Shown: positions 1 through 11,154 of the stretch, one piece after another
Layout: each line of letters opens with the position of its first letter
Position numbering within the stretch: position 1 is the stretch's first letter
DNA from: Candidatus Bathyarchaeia archaeon
GTDB taxonomy: Archaea; Thermoproteota; Bathyarchaeia; Bathyarchaeales; Bathycorpusculaceae
Assembly: GCA_038849025.1 (NCBI GenBank)
Contig: JAWCNE010000001.1
Span: 5,844-69,843 of the forward strand
Length of the DNA stretch: 64,000 bases
Direction: 5' to 3'
Position numbers and translations under genes: made by a program
The notes under the pieces: model-generated
The model's database searches: none
What the model saw: the letters and a program-made list of their open reading frames with translations, nothing else
What the model was told of the DNA's origin: nothing

Positions 1-392
1 CTGACTACGCTAGGTGCGTTGATATTGCCACAAAAGGCGCCATTAAAGAGCTTATTCTGCCATGCTCCCTAGCAATAATAGTTCCAATATTAACCATGAT
101 ATTTTTGGGTAAAGAGGCGCTTGCGGGGTTCTTGGCTGGAAGCATTGTTACAGGCATAATTTTTGCTTTGTTCATGGCTAATTCTGGCGGGCTATGGGAT
201 AATGCTAAAAAATTCATTGAAGCTGGAGCGCATGGTGGTAAAGGTTCAGAAGCTCATAAAGCTGCGGTTACAGGCGACACTGTTGGCGATCCATTCAAGG
301 ATACAGCAGGCCCATCGCTGAACACTATGATTACGGTTATGTCTTTGGTGGCTGAAGTGTTTGCCCCCTTGATAATCTTGTTAACCCTTTAA
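1..392 (+). CDS. hppA: membrane H+/Na+-translocating pyrophosphatase, C-terminal fragment (5' end outside window)
   Basis: The reading frame is open from the window edge (frame 3). The translation [17 protein letters not shown]...[12 protein letters not shown]...[27 protein letters not shown] matches the conserved C-terminal motifs of V-type PPases. Confidence 0.9.
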   Translation, partial: DYARCVDIATKGAIKELILPCSLAIIVPILTMIFLGKEALAGFLAGSIVTGIIFALFMANSGGLWDNAKKFIEAGAHGGKGSEAHKAAVTGDTVGDPFKDTAGPSLNTMITVMSLVAEVFAPLIILLTL

Positions 393-513
393 AATATCTG
401 CAATTTTTTGTCAACACATCTTTCATATATTGCAAAGTGAAGTGTATAGAGAATTTTATAAATATGTTATTCTACGTTTGTTAATCTATACGTGACACTT
501 TGAGGCGCTGTAA

Positions 514-3336
514 ATGGCAAAGCCTTGGCATGCAACTGAAATAGATGAGGTTTTGAAAGAACTAAACGTTAGCTTTGAAGGTTTATCTTCGCAGGAAGCC
601 CGTGAAAGACTCGCGAAATACGGGTATAACGAGATTAAAAAGGTAAAGAGACGAACAGCCCTCCACATGTTCTTAGACGAGTTCAAGGACATTTTTATTT
701 TGTTGCTTATTGCTGCAACAATTTTTTCAGCTGTTATCGGCTATTGGGAAATGCTTCATGGCGGAGAATTTATGGAAGCCTACGCAGATACCATCACAAT
801 AGGCGCCATAGTTGTTTTATGTGCGGTTACAGGTTTCGTTCAAGAGTATAGGGCGGAAAAAGCCATAGAAGCCTTGAAAAAATTGGCTGCTCCCAAAGCC
901 CGTGTGATCCGCGATGGTAAAGAAGTAATTATCCCAGCCAGCGAGGTGGTTCCAGGCGACATCCTTGCCCTAGAAGAGGGCGACCATGTTCCCGCCGATG
1001 CCCGCCTAATAGAGGTTATTGAGCTAAAAGCTAATGAGGCTGTTTTAACTGGGGAATCTACGCCAGTTAATAAAGAATTAGCCGTCTTAGGTGAGAACAC
1101 TCCGATTTCTGAAAGGCGGAACATGGTTTTCTCCGCAACCCACGTGGTCTATGGAAGAGGCAAAGCCGTTGTAACAGCCACCGGCATGAACACAGAGTTT
1201 GGGAAAATAGCTGAAATGGTTCAAACAGCAGAGGAAGAAGAGACTCCACTTCAGAAGAAGCTAGATAGGTTTGCGGGCAAAATAGCCAAAGTTGTTATAG
1301 CTGTTTGTGTTTTGATATTTGCGCTTGAAGCTTTTGAAGTAGTAATGCAGATGCATTTTGATATAGAAGGTTTTATTCAAGCCTTTATGTCATCCATAGC
1401 CTTAGCAATATCAGCTGTTCCAGAAGGGTTGCCGGCAATAGTGACAATAGCCTTGGCTCTTGGCGCAAGAGAATTCGCAAAACGCAACGCCATTGTGCGA
1501 AGGCTATCTTCAGCGGAAAGCTTAGGCGCTGTAACAGTAATCTGCTCGGACAAAACCGGAACCATAACTAAAGGAGAGATGACTGTCCGCCAAGTTTACG
1601 TTGACGGAAAACTCGTTGAAGTTACAGGCGTTGGCTACGAGCCAAAGGGAGAATTTCGACAAGGTGAAGACGCTGTAAAACCTGAAGGAGACCTTAAACT
1701 TTTACTTCAGATAGGCGCGTTATGCAACAATGCAAGCCTGAGAAGAAACAACCAAAACAATGCTTGGGAAATTTTTGGAGACCCAACAGAAGGCGCACTT
1801 ATTGTGGCTGCGGCCAAGGCTGGACTTGAAAAAGAAGCCCTAGAAAAAACTTACCCACGTGCCGGCGAAATTCCCTTCACATCTGAAAGAAAACGCATGA
1901 CCACAGTCCACAAAACCCCAGAAGGCGAAATCCACGCTTACATGAAGGGAGCACCAGAAACAGTATTGGAAAGATGCACCCACATAGTTGAGGACGGCCG
2001 AGAAAAGAAGTTAACAGATGAAAAAAGGAAGAAGATTCTGGAAGTCAATGAGCAATTGGCTGGGAACGCCTTACGGGTTCTGGCCATGGCATACAAAAAA
2101 CTTCCAACGAACATAACGAAGTACGATGACAAAACAGCTGAAAGCGGAATGGTCTTTGTCGGGTTGGAAGGAATGATAGATCCGCCGAGAGAAGAGGCAA
2201 TAGAAGCTAATAAGCTCTGCCAAAAAGCAGGAATAAAAACTGTCATGATAACGGGTGATCATAAACTCACAGCCATCGCAGTAGCAAAAGATGTTGGAAT
2301 TTTCAAAGAAGGAGACATGGTTTTAACAGGCGCCGAAATGGACAAGCTGAACGATAAAGAATTTGAGGAAATTGTTGAAAAGGTAACAGTTTATGCAAGA
2401 GTCTCTCCTGAACATAAACTGAAAATTGTTAACGCTTTAAAGAAGAAAGGTCACATTGTAGCTATGACTGGCGACGGTGTTAATGATGCGCCAGCTGTGA
2501 AGGCAGCTGATATTGGCGTTGCCATGGGGATAAGTGGAACAGACGTTACAAGAGAAGCCTCAGATCTTGTTTTAACTGATGATAACTTTGCAACAATAGT
2601 TAAGGCTGTTGAACAAGGCAGAGTGATATACGACAACATAAGAAAATATGCACGGTTCCTCTTGGCTTGCAACTTTGACGAACTGCTGGTTATAGGAACC
2701 TTTGCCATTCTGGGCGGAATATTTGGCGCAGAGCTGTTTCCACTTCCACTTTTGCCAGCCATGATACTTTGGATAAACTTGGTAACAGACGGCGCGCCAG
2801 CAGTAGCTTTGGCAACAGACCCTCCAGACGAAGGCGTTATGGAGAGGCCACCGCGCAAACCTGAGGAGGGAATACTACATGGAATGGGCGCATTCATCCT
2901 GGCTTCTTTCATACTGCAAGCAGCTGGGACCATCCTTGTGTTCTGTTTAGAATATTACGTGTGGCCTTCTCATCCATGGAACTTCCCATGGGGAATAGAT
3001 GAAGAGGCTAGAAAGCTAACATACATTGAGGCTACCACAACGGCCTTCGTGCAAGCGGCAATGTTCGAGCTCTTTGTTGTGTGGAACTGTCGCTCAGAAA
3101 AGCAGAGCGTTTGGAGAATGGGCAAGAAAGCCTTACAAAACAAGTTCTTCGTAATTGCAGACCTAGCTTCCATAGCTCTAACCCTTGGAATAACTTATAT
3201 ACCTATAACCCAGCAGCTGTTCCACTTAACAGGATTAAGCCTAACAGATCTCGCCTACGTGTTGGTCGTGGCTAGCTGGGGACTTTTGGTATTCCCAGAA
3301 ATTCTAATGAATAAAAAGGTTTGGAAATGGCGCTGA
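514..3336 (+). CDS. P-type cation-transporting ATPase, type II (SERCA/PMCA-like, probably Ca2+)
   Basis: 940 aa with LTGES, the phosphorylation motif CSDKTGTIT, the hinge [11 protein letters not shown], and multiple C-terminal TM helices. A TATA-like ttataaata lies about 40 nt upstream. Confidence 0.9.
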   Translation: MAKPWHATEIDEVLKELNVSFEGLSSQEARERLAKYGYNEIKKVKRRTALHMFLDEFKDIFILLLIAATIFSAVIGYWEMLHGGEFMEAYADTITIGAIVVLCAVTGFVQEYRAEKAIEALKKLAAPKARVIRDGKEVIIPASEVVPGDILALEEGDHVPADARLIEVIELKANEAVLTGESTPVNKELAVLGENTPISERRNMVFSATHVVYGRGKAVVTATGMNTEFGKIAEMVQTAEEEETPLQKKLDRFAGKIAKVVIAVCVLIFALEAFEVVMQMHFDIEGFIQAFMSSIALAISAVPEGLPAIVTIALALGAREFAKRNAIVRRLSSAESLGAVTVICSDKTGTITKGEMTVRQVYVDGKLVEVTGVGYEPKGEFRQGEDAVKPEGDLKLLLQIGALCNNASLRRNNQNNAWEIFGDPTEGALIVAAAKAGLEKEALEKTYPRAGEIPFTSERKRMTTVHKTPEGEIHAYMKGAPETVLERCTHIVEDGREKKLTDEKRKKILEVNEQLAGNALRVLAMAYKKLPTNITKYDDKTAESGMVFVGLEGMIDPPREEAIEANKLCQKAGIKTVMITGDHKLTAIAVAKDVGIFKEGDMVLTGAEMDKLNDKEFEEIVEKVTVYARVSPEHKLKIVNALKKKGHIVAMTGDGVNDAPAVKAADIGVAMGISGTDVTREASDLVLTDDNFATIVKAVEQGRVIYDNIRKYARFLLACNFDELLVIGTFAILGGIFGAELFPLPLLPAMILWINLVTDGAPAVALATDPPDEGVMERPPRKPEEGILHGMGAFILASFILQAAGTILVFCLEYYVWPSHPWNFPWGIDEEARKLTYIEATTTAFVQAAMFELFVVWNCRSEKQSVWRMGKKALQNKFFVIADLASIALTLGITYIPITQQLFHLTGLSLTDLAYVLVVASWGLLVFPEILMNKKVWKWR

Positions 3337-3516
3337 AAATGGCGGTCGTGGCGTCAACTCTGAGCAAGCAATTAATAACCCTCTATTTCTTTAATTTTGC
3401 CTAAATTCTTGTTAAAATTTTAAAAGTTTTATTAGTTGCACGGCACCACGATTTTCTAAATTAACGGAAGCTTTAAGGATGATGGCAAGCAATGAATTCG
3501 CCGGGTAATTTAAATT

Positions 3517-4827
3517 TTGCATGCGTATGGGGTATATGGAATGCAAGAAGTTAAGATAGTGAGTGTGAAGGCAGAAAGTGGAAGATGGTTTTTGGTTATA
3601 TCTGGTTTAATAATAATGTTGTGTCTCGGCTCCATTTACGCTTATAGTGTAATTGCCGTGCCTTTGAAGAAGGTTTTTGAAGCATCTCCTCCGGGGGGTT
3701 ACGGTTTAAAAGTTACATCTACTGAAATGCAAATTCCCTTTATAGTTTTCCTTTCAGTTTTCGCCATCACAATGCCTCTGATGGGCAAATACATAGAGAA
3801 GTATGGACCTCGAAAAGTAGCAATTCTTGGAGCCATATTTGTTGGTCTCGGCTGGTTTTCAGCATCCCTCGCAAATTCCCCAACAACCTTGGCTTTCCTC
3901 TACGGCGTCATTGGCGGGCTTGGTGTTGGAATATCATACAATTGCCCTATAGTAACTACTACCAGATGGTTTCCGGATAAGCGCGGATTAGCAGTAGGCT
4001 TAACCCTTCTCGGATTTGGATTCTCAGCTGCTATTGTCGGCCCACTTGTGGATTTTTTGGCTGCAAATTTCGGAACGCACACCATGTTTCAAATACTTGG
4101 AATTACATTCTTTGTTTTTCTGTTCATTTTTGCGCTTTTTCTGCGTCTTCCACCTGCTGACTGGAAACCCGCTGGATGGAAGCCTAACCCAAAAAATACA
4201 GCAAACACCACACGAAATGAGTTAACGAGAAATGAAATTGTGAAAACGAGATCCTTCCATGCCTTGTGGATTTGCTATACGATCGGGACACTTACAGGGC
4301 TAATGGCAATAGGTGTTTCTAAATCCGTTGGACTAGAAGTTGCCTTAAATGCCGGAATAAGCGAGACGGAGATATCCGCCTTCTTAACAACCTTAATAAT
4401 CCCCTTTGCTTGCTGTAACGGTTTTGGACGACCATTATTTGGATGGATAACCGACAAGCTTGCTCCAAGAAAAACCGCAATAATCTCCTTTCTCCTAATT
4501 ATTTTAGCCTCATTGCTGATGTTTACAAACACCGCCTCAGTCCTAGCATATGTTATAGCCTTTGCAATTTTGTGGCTAAACCTAGGCGGCTGGCTTGCCA
4601 TAGCACCAGCATCAACCGCCAACTTTTTCGGAACAAAGGATTACAGCCGCAATTACGGGCTTGTTTTCACAGCCTATGGAGCTGGAGCAGTTATTGGCAA
4701 CATTTTAGCGGGACAAGCCAAAGACCTATTTGGAACATATTTAATGGTATTTCCATACATAATCGTGTTAGCACTATTAGGCATAATAATAGCTACCGCC
4801 ATGAAACCACCAAAAATATCTAGCTAA
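3517..4827 (+). CDS. MFS transporter (oxalate/formate antiporter-like family)
   Basis: 436 aa with about 12 hydrophobic helices in a 6+6 layout and a central polar loop. The RWFPDKRGLAVG motif between TM2 and TM3 is typical of MFS/OFA proteins. The TTG at 3517 may be spurious; the ATG at 3541 (MQEVK) sits just downstream of a TATA-like element. Confidence 0.75.
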   Translation: MHAYGVYGMQEVKIVSVKAESGRWFLVISGLIIMLCLGSIYAYSVIAVPLKKVFEASPPGGYGLKVTSTEMQIPFIVFLSVFAITMPLMGKYIEKYGPRKVAILGAIFVGLGWFSASLANSPTTLAFLYGVIGGLGVGISYNCPIVTTTRWFPDKRGLAVGLTLLGFGFSAAIVGPLVDFLAANFGTHTMFQILGITFFVFLFIFALFLRLPPADWKPAGWKPNPKNTANTTRNELTRNEIVKTRSFHALWICYTIGTLTGLMAIGVSKSVGLEVALNAGISETEISAFLTTLIIPFACCNGFGRPLFGWITDKLAPRKTAIISFLLIILASLLMFTNTASVLAYVIAFAILWLNLGGWLAIAPASTANFFGTKDYSRNYGLVFTAYGAGAVIGNILAGQAKDLFGTYLMVFPYIIVLALLGIIIATAMKPPKISS

Positions 4828-4990
4828 CCTAAAGGGAGCACAGTGCAGCATTAATACGCTTTACTAGATCTTCCAACCCGCCATTTTGTTAGAAAAGTAT
4901 CAACGTAAACCTCAATTTCTGCCCTTTAGAATCCAAAAAGTATATAAATAAAAACTGGAATTCGCTCAACTCTAAAAATGGTGAAATATT

Positions 4991-7036
4991 ATGGCTCAAA
5001 GCGTAGAAGCTTATAAAGAATTTTTTGAAGGAGACATAATTCCCCCAAGCTGGAAAGACAAGGTCTGGGATAAAAATGACTTTAAAAATTTTCACAATAG
5101 TACTGTAGCAACCAAGGAAGCCATGGAAAAATGGTGGGAAAAATGGGCCAATGAACTTTTCTGGTTCAAGAAATGGGACAAAGTGTTAGATGATAGTAAT
5201 CCTCCATTCTATAGATGGTTTGTAGGCGGAGAAACCAACTTGGCTTACTTGGCTACAGACTGGCAAATTGAAAAAGGCAGAAAAAACAAGTTGGCATTAA
5301 TATGGGAAGGGGAGCCATGGGATGAAAACCTAAGGCAGCCGAAGGAAGTTAAAAAGTTCACCTACTATGATTTATTTAGAGAGTCTAACGTCATCAGCTA
5401 CGCGTTAAAAGAAAAGTTGAGAGTCAAAAAAGAAGAAATTTTAACATTTTATCTGCCCATGGTTCCTGAACTGCCCTTTTACATGCTTGCTGTTCAGAGA
5501 CTTGGCGCAGAGCACAGCGTGGTTTTCAGCGGCTTCAGTGCTGAAGCCTTAGCAAGCAGAGTCTTAGATAGCGGTTCCAGGATAATAGTAACCGCGGATG
5601 GATTTTACAGAAGAGGTAAAGTGGTAAGTATAAAACCCATTGTGGATGAAGCCGTAAAAATATGCGAAAAAGAAGGACTGAAAATAGAAAAAGTTGTGGT
5701 TGTCAAAAGGGCTGGAAACGAAATACCTTGGAACCCGGAGAAGGACGTATGGCATCACGAGTTAATTGCAGACATACCCTTAAACGTTTATGTTCCAGTG
5801 GAAAAACGAAAAGAGGAAGATGCCTCCTTCATTCTCTACACTTCAGGCACAACGGGTACGCCAAAAGCGGTTCAGCACTCTGTGGGTGGATATGCTGTTG
5901 GCTTATACACTACCCTAAAGTTACTATTCGACGCCCGCGATGACGATATAATGTGGTGCACGGCAGACGTGGGATGGATAACGGGGCACTCTTATGTCGT
6001 ATATGGTCCCCTTATAGTAGGGGTAACAACACTACTTTACGAAGGATCCCCAGATTATCCTGAACCAGACAGATGGTGGAGCATCATTGAAAGATACGGA
6101 GTCACCCTATTTTACACGGCACCTACTGCCATCAGGATGTTGATGAGGTTCCCAGAAGAATACGTCAAAAGGCATGATATGTCAACCCTAAGAATAGTCC
6201 ACACTGTGGGAGAGCCCATAAATCCAGAGGCTTTTCTCTGGTACTTCAAAAACCTTGGCAAGGAAAACATTGTCGCTTCAAGCGCGTGGTGGATGACTGA
6301 GACAGGACACATACTAACTGGACACTTCCCAGGTCTAGGGAAAATATTCCCGCTCAAACCTGGAACAAACGGTTACTCAATACCAGGAGTCAGTGTGGAC
6401 GTAGTTGATGATGATGGAAATCCATGCCCACCTGGAGTCAGAGGATACTATGTCATAACTTCACCTTGGCCAGGAATGCTTGAAACCCTATACAAAAACC
6501 CGCAAAGATACATTGACTCCTACTGGGCGAGGTTCAAGGGAAAAATGTACTTCTATACCGGAGATTTCGCCGTAAAAGACCAAGACGGGTACATATGGGT
6601 ACTGGGAAGGGCTGATGACGTCATCAAGGTTGCAGGCCACAGAATAGGAACAGCTGAGGTTGAGTCAGCGCTTGCCAGGCATCCAGCCGTAGCTGAAGCC
6701 GCTTGTGTTGGCAAAAGTGACCCGGTGAAAGGCCAGGTGCCTGTAATCTTCACAGTTCTCAAAAAAGGATTTTCACCTAGTCCAGAATTCGAAAACGAGT
6801 TGAAAAAGTATTTACGTGCGACAATAGGCCCTGTAGTGGCTTCTGATGCAATAATAACTTTTGTTGAGGCTGTTCCTAAGACGAGAAGCGGCAAAATTAT
6901 GAGGAGACTTTTAAGGGCTGTTGTTGAAGGCGTAACCACTGGAGACGTTACAACGTTGGAAGACGGAGTGGCTGTTGAAGAAGCCAAGAAAGCTTACGAA
7001 ACCATTAAATCAGCCATCGAATCAAAAAGAAATTAG
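4991..7036 (+). CDS. acs: AMP-forming acyl-CoA synthetase (acetyl-/propionyl-/3-hydroxypropionyl-CoA synthetase family)
   Basis: 681 aa with the AMP-binding signature YTSGTTGTPKAV, then WWMTETG, YFYTGD, RADDVIKVAGHRIG and the C-terminal PKTRSGKIMRR. The length and N-terminal WF..GG.TNL region match Acs-type enzymes. Substrate is not determinable from sequence. Confidence 0.85.
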   Translation: MAQSVEAYKEFFEGDIIPPSWKDKVWDKNDFKNFHNSTVATKEAMEKWWEKWANELFWFKKWDKVLDDSNPPFYRWFVGGETNLAYLATDWQIEKGRKNKLALIWEGEPWDENLRQPKEVKKFTYYDLFRESNVISYALKEKLRVKKEEILTFYLPMVPELPFYMLAVQRLGAEHSVVFSGFSAEALASRVLDSGSRIIVTADGFYRRGKVVSIKPIVDEAVKICEKEGLKIEKVVVVKRAGNEIPWNPEKDVWHHELIADIPLNVYVPVEKRKEEDASFILYTSGTTGTPKAVQHSVGGYAVGLYTTLKLLFDARDDDIMWCTADVGWITGHSYVVYGPLIVGVTTLLYEGSPDYPEPDRWWSIIERYGVTLFYTAPTAIRMLMRFPEEYVKRHDMSTLRIVHTVGEPINPEAFLWYFKNLGKENIVASSAWWMTETGHILTGHFPGLGKIFPLKPGTNGYSIPGVSVDVVDDDGNPCPPGVRGYYVITSPWPGMLETLYKNPQRYIDSYWARFKGKMYFYTGDFAVKDQDGYIWVLGRADDVIKVAGHRIGTAEVESALARHPAVAEAACVGKSDPVKGQVPVIFTVLKKGFSPSPEFENELKKYLRATIGPVVASDAIITFVEAVPKTRSGKIMRRLLRAVVEGVTTGDVTTLEDGVAVEEAKKAYETIKSAIESKRN

Positions 7037-7213
7037 CTTATAATCCTTTTTATTTCCATAAACACACTCAACAGAACATTATCTAAAATTTGGCGCCGAA
7101 GGTTATTATCGGCTGCAATCTACGCTTTTGTCCTCCACATTAAAACATTATACCGTTATATACTGCCTACTCCATTAAATTATTTTAGGTCACGCTTTTA
7201 AGTTGGGTAACCT

Positions 7214-8077
7214 TTGATATCCGAAAGGTGGAAAGTTGCTTCAAAAACTCATATTGCTGAGTATACCATTCCAATTTCCAACTTTCTGTCTCTACGAGTG
7301 TATTCAGATACTAGGCCACATCATCTCCATATTGCCAATCTCCAGAAAGGCTTGATTTTCGTTTATAACAGAATAGAGCTTGTAGGAGAAGGAGTAGGAT
7401 TCGGAGTTCCTATAGTGCTTTACCAAGATAGAACGTACTATCCAGGTTCATCCACTCTATTAATTTTTCAGAAAGATAATTGCTTAAGAGTCGCCAAACA
7501 ATTTGTTTTAGATATGATCTCTGAGAAGCGGTTTAGAAACATTAAAACTGAAAACAAAATCATACGCAAACTTACAAGGATTTCAGATGAATTATATATG
7601 AAGCATAGGCATTGGAGACTACTTATGCTAATAAATTTATTAAAAAAAGTTGGCGTGCAGAAAAGTTTTGTTAGAGTTAAGCCTAAGGGCAGCATGAATA
7701 TAACTTATACCATAGACCCCCCACGAATCCACGTCAAAGCTGATTTTAAATCATTGGAAAGGCATGGTCTTCAAAAAATTTTCTTGCTCAATGAACAAGG
7801 TTCAAGGTATTTCAGGAAATATGAGGATTCAAATGGCACGGTTTTGTTTGACAAGCAGATTGGGGAATGGGAAAAAGTTGAAGCCGAATGGGCTTGTCTC
7901 TCCGACAAAAATGGCGATGTTGGTTTCCGACTATGGAAAGTAAGAGACGCTATTTTACATAGAGGTAGAGAGTTTCTCGAAGGCACGCTCGATTGGGTAG
8001 GATTAGATTATGAAGTCAACCCTAAAAAGACTTGCTTTGAGTATGATATTAAAATTTTGGGGGAGCTAAATGCATAA
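7214..8077 (+). CDS. hypothetical protein, no recognisable domain; translationally coupled to the downstream B12-radical SAM gene
   Basis: A 287-aa ORF with TTG start. Its TAA stop (8075-8077) is followed immediately by the ATG at 8078. Composition is balanced and non-repetitive. I could not identify a TM segment, Cys cluster or nucleotide-binding motif. Confidence 0.5.
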   Translation: MISERWKVASKTHIAEYTIPISNFLSLRVYSDTRPHHLHIANLQKGLIFVYNRIELVGEGVGFGVPIVLYQDRTYYPGSSTLLIFQKDNCLRVAKQFVLDMISEKRFRNIKTENKIIRKLTRISDELYMKHRHWRLLMLINLLKKVGVQKSFVRVKPKGSMNITYTIDPPRIHVKADFKSLERHGLQKIFLLNEQGSRYFRKYEDSNGTVLFDKQIGEWEKVEAEWACLSDKNGDVGFRLWKVRDAILHRGREFLEGTLDWVGLDYEVNPKKTCFEYDIKILGELNA

Positions 8078-9451
8078 ATGACCACAGTAACGCTAGTGTA
8101 CCCCTATTTTCGACCAAAACACGATAGGTCAATTTTCAGGTTTCCTCCCTTAGGTTTGGGATACATAGTCTCATACCTTAGGCAACACGGAATCTCTGCA
8201 AGTCTCATCGACTGCACCTTTTTAAGCCAAAAAGAAGCCTTAAAACGAGTTAAAGATTCCAAGCCGAAAATTTTAGGCATCTATTCAATGTTTTCAATGA
8301 AACAACCAGCCATGCTCATGGCTAGGCTTCTGAGAGACAGCTGTGAAATGCTTGTGGCAGGTGGTCCCCTTCCAACACTTTGTCCGGAAGATTTTCTACA
8401 AGATTTCGATGTTGTGATTGTTGGTGAAGGGGAAAAAACAATCCTTGAACTGGTTCGTGCAGTTGAAAAGGGCATTCCTTTGTCAACGGTTAAGGGAATA
8501 GTTTACAAAACGTATAAGAAAAGCTCTGGAGGAAAAGTAGTTTATACACCACCGAGAGAGTTCATCGAAGATTTAGACTCTCTTCCATTCCCCGCCAGAG
8601 ATCAATTTGATAATGAATCTTACAAAAATCATTACTCTAAAAAATTTGGCTACACCATAACGTCCATCATAACCTCTCGGGGTTGCCCGTTTAATTGCGA
8701 TTTTTGTAGCAGAGCAATTTTCGGCCACAAATTTAGAACTAGATCAGCAATAAACATTGTAAACGAAATGGAAGAGGTAAAAGCGCTGGGTTACGAGAGA
8801 ATATGGTTCGCTGACGACTGCTTTACCCTAAACAAGAAACGGCTCATGGACATATGTGCGGAGATAATTCAACGAGGATTACGAATGGACTGGGAATGCT
8901 TATCGCGAGTGGACACCATCGATAGGGAAGCAGCGCTTAAAATGAAAGAGGCTGGATGTGTGCGCGTTTTTTTCGGAATTGAGTCAGGCAACGACGCTGT
9001 TTTGGCTTTAATGAATAAGACGGCAACTGTAAGCCAAGCTAAGAAGGCAGTTTTTGTCGCAAAGGCTGCTGGAATTCAAGTTGGAGCATTTTTCATAGTT
9101 GGCTATCCAGGCGAAACCGATCAAACAATTCTTGACACTTTGAAGTTTGCTTCTTCGCTTCCCCTCGATTATCTTTCTTTCACTTTGCCATATCCTATTC
9201 CTAGGACGGGCCTTTATGAAAGGGTTAAGAACAACATTAATTTTCATGATTGGAATGAACTTGAACATAGAACCTTGACTGGGCATAGGCTCATTTATCG
9301 CTCGTCTTTTTCTGAAGTCAAACTTAAATTTGCCATTCTGAAAGGGTTGGCTCAATATGAGCTAAGAAAAATTTTGGGAACTAAAGGTTACAGACTTTTT
9401 GGGGAACCGTTTGAACGCATTACAGATTCCGTCTTTAGATTTTTACGCTAA
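8078..9451 (+). CDS. class B (cobalamin-binding domain) radical SAM enzyme
   Basis: 457 aa. The N-terminal B12-binding-like Rossmann domain carries PPLGLGYIVSYL and VVIVGEGE. The radical SAM cluster motif is GCPFNCDFCS (CxxxCxxC), followed by a TIM-barrel region with GIESG. Confidence 0.85.
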   Translation: MTTVTLVYPYFRPKHDRSIFRFPPLGLGYIVSYLRQHGISASLIDCTFLSQKEALKRVKDSKPKILGIYSMFSMKQPAMLMARLLRDSCEMLVAGGPLPTLCPEDFLQDFDVVIVGEGEKTILELVRAVEKGIPLSTVKGIVYKTYKKSSGGKVVYTPPREFIEDLDSLPFPARDQFDNESYKNHYSKKFGYTITSIITSRGCPFNCDFCSRAIFGHKFRTRSAINIVNEMEEVKALGYERIWFADDCFTLNKKRLMDICAEIIQRGLRMDWECLSRVDTIDREAALKMKEAGCVRVFFGIESGNDAVLALMNKTATVSQAKKAVFVAKAAGIQVGAFFIVGYPGETDQTILDTLKFASSLPLDYLSFTLPYPIPRTGLYERVKNNINFHDWNELEHRTLTGHRLIYRSSFSEVKLKFAILKGLAQYELRKILGTKGYRLFGEPFERITDSVFRFLR

Positions 9452-9619
9452 TTTAACCAGCGTCTCGAAGTTCTAGTAGCGTACTTTCTAAATGGGTTGC
9501 ATTTTCCCTGTAAAAAGGTTCAAAAATAATAAAATATGACAACTGTTTCTGGCTTTACGGTAACTAGCGTTTGTAGACGCTCTAATTAATAAATTAACCG
9601 CTATTTGATTTGCGCGGTT

Positions 9620-10912
9620 TTAGGGGTATATTCTGGTTATCGTCCTTGGGAATGGAATAGTTTCGCGTATGTGCTTAAGTTTACATATCCACATGACAGT
9701 TCTCTCTATTCCCAACCCGAAGCCCGAATGGGGAACTGACCCATACCTTCTCAAGTCTAGATACCATTCATAAGCTTTTTTGGGCAAGCCGAACTCTTCT
9801 AGTCGCTGCTCGAGCAGTTTTAAATCATGAATTCTTTGGCTTCCGCCAATTATTTCGCCATAACCTTCGGGCGCCATCAAGTCGGCGCACAATACAACTT
9901 TGGGGTCCTGAGGGTCTGGCTGCATATAGAAGGCTTTGGCCTTAGCTGGATATCTGTGGATGAAAACCGGCTTTTCAAACTGAAGGGAGATAAACTTTTC
10001 ATGGGGTGCTCCCAGGTCTTCGCCCCACTCTATTTGTTGTCCGGCTTTCTGCAAAATTTTCACCGCTTCAGTATAGCTTATCCTATCGAACGGCGGCTCC
10101 ACCTTCTTCAAAGGAGTTATATCCCTTTTCAGCGTTTCCAACTCCCTTCGCCTCTTCTCTAAAACCGTTTTAACAATGTATGTTACCATCTCTTCCTGAA
10201 GTTTGAGGTTATCTTCGAAATCGCAGAAAGCCATCTCAGGCTCGACCATCCAGAACTCTGTCAAGTGCCGTGGCGTCTTTGATTTTTCCGCTCTGAATGT
10301 CGGACCAAAACAGTAGACTTTTCCGAAAGCTGCTATTGTAGCCTCAACGTATAGCTGTCCGCTCTGGGTTAGAAAAGCCTTATCACCGAAATATGGAACT
10401 TCAAAAAGGGTTGTTGTTCCCTCAACAGCGGAAGGCGTAAAAATTGGGGCGTCTGTTAACACGAAGCCTCTTCTATCCAAAAAGTCTCTGCAAGCCTTTA
10501 TCACTTCGGCTCTAATCCTGAGTATTGCGGTCTGTTTTGGGCTTCTTATCCACAAGTGTCTAAAATTCATGAGGAAGTCTATGCCGTGCTCCTTTTTCGC
10601 TAGGGGATACTCTCTTTCTGCCAAATGAACAATTTGCAGGTCCTTAACCCTTACTTCGTAGCCGCTTGGCGCTCTCTTATCTTCTTTGACTACACCTTTA
10701 ATTATAATGGAGGATTCCTGCGTTAATTCCTCCGCTTCTTGAAACACTTTTTGGGCAACTTCGTCTTTATGGATTGTGGCTTGAATTAACCCTGTTCCGT
10801 CTCTTACAATTAGGAATTGCACTCCTCCGCTTGAGCGTTTAGTCACTAGCCAGCCTTTTATTTCAACCTCGCTTCCATCAAATTTTCCGTCCAAAATGTC
10901 CCTAACGCTCAT
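9620..10912 (-). CDS. asnS: asparaginyl-tRNA synthetase
   Basis: A class IIb aaRS with an N-terminal OB fold. Motif 2 is [24 protein letters not shown] (AsnRS-type EFWM.EPE) and motif 3 is [13 protein letters not shown]...IRETIPFPR. The ATG at 10912 is preceded by a GGAGG Shine-Dalgarno sequence. The ORF-track start at 10948 is a TTG. Confidence 0.85.
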   Translation of the reverse strand: MSVRDILDGKFDGSEVEIKGWLVTKRSSGGVQFLIVRDGTGLIQATIHKDEVAQKVFQEAEELTQESSIIIKGVVKEDKRAPSGYEVRVKDLQIVHLAEREYPLAKKEHGIDFLMNFRHLWIRSPKQTAILRIRAEVIKACRDFLDRRGFVLTDAPIFTPSAVEGTTTLFEVPYFGDKAFLTQSGQLYVEATIAAFGKVYCFGPTFRAEKSKTPRHLTEFWMVEPEMAFCDFEDNLKLQEEMVTYIVKTVLEKRRRELETLKRDITPLKKVEPPFDRISYTEAVKILQKAGQQIEWGEDLGAPHEKFISLQFEKPVFIHRYPAKAKAFYMQPDPQDPKVVLCADLMAPEGYGEIIGGSQRIHDLKLLEQRLEEFGLPKKAYEWYLDLRRYGSVPHSGFGLGIERTVMWICKLKHIRETIPFPRTITRIYP

Positions 10913-11154
10913 AGCCAGAACCTCCTTCGAAGCTTCCACGAGAAACAATACTATAAAGTTGGGTGAAAACCTCTGGAATTTTAAGCAAAGTTAAAGCGTT
11001 CACCTTGCACTTTCAATACCCACATAACATATGCCTCTTCAATTTTAAATTTTTTGTTTACGGAACGCCCTTTCCATTTACTCTCATCACGAATTATGAA
11101 AGCCATTTTCACAACTCTTAAATCCTTGACATTAAGCAATTTGCTTGAGGGCTA

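Noticed and set aside
2451-2933. A 160-aa minus-strand ORF inside the P-type ATPase gene, and similar antisense ORFs at 840-1124, 1938-2246, 6553-6987, 9008-9355 and 43597-44001.
   Set aside because: All lie wholly within strongly supported genes on the other strand and have shadow-ORF composition.
11084-11090. C-box-like GTGATGA (minus strand) here, and ATGATGA (minus strand) at 54867-54873, were considered as possible C/D-box sRNA genes.
   Set aside because: No D box (CTGA) occurs at the expected 40-70 nt downstream in either case, and there are no terminal stems. These are most likely chance occurrences.
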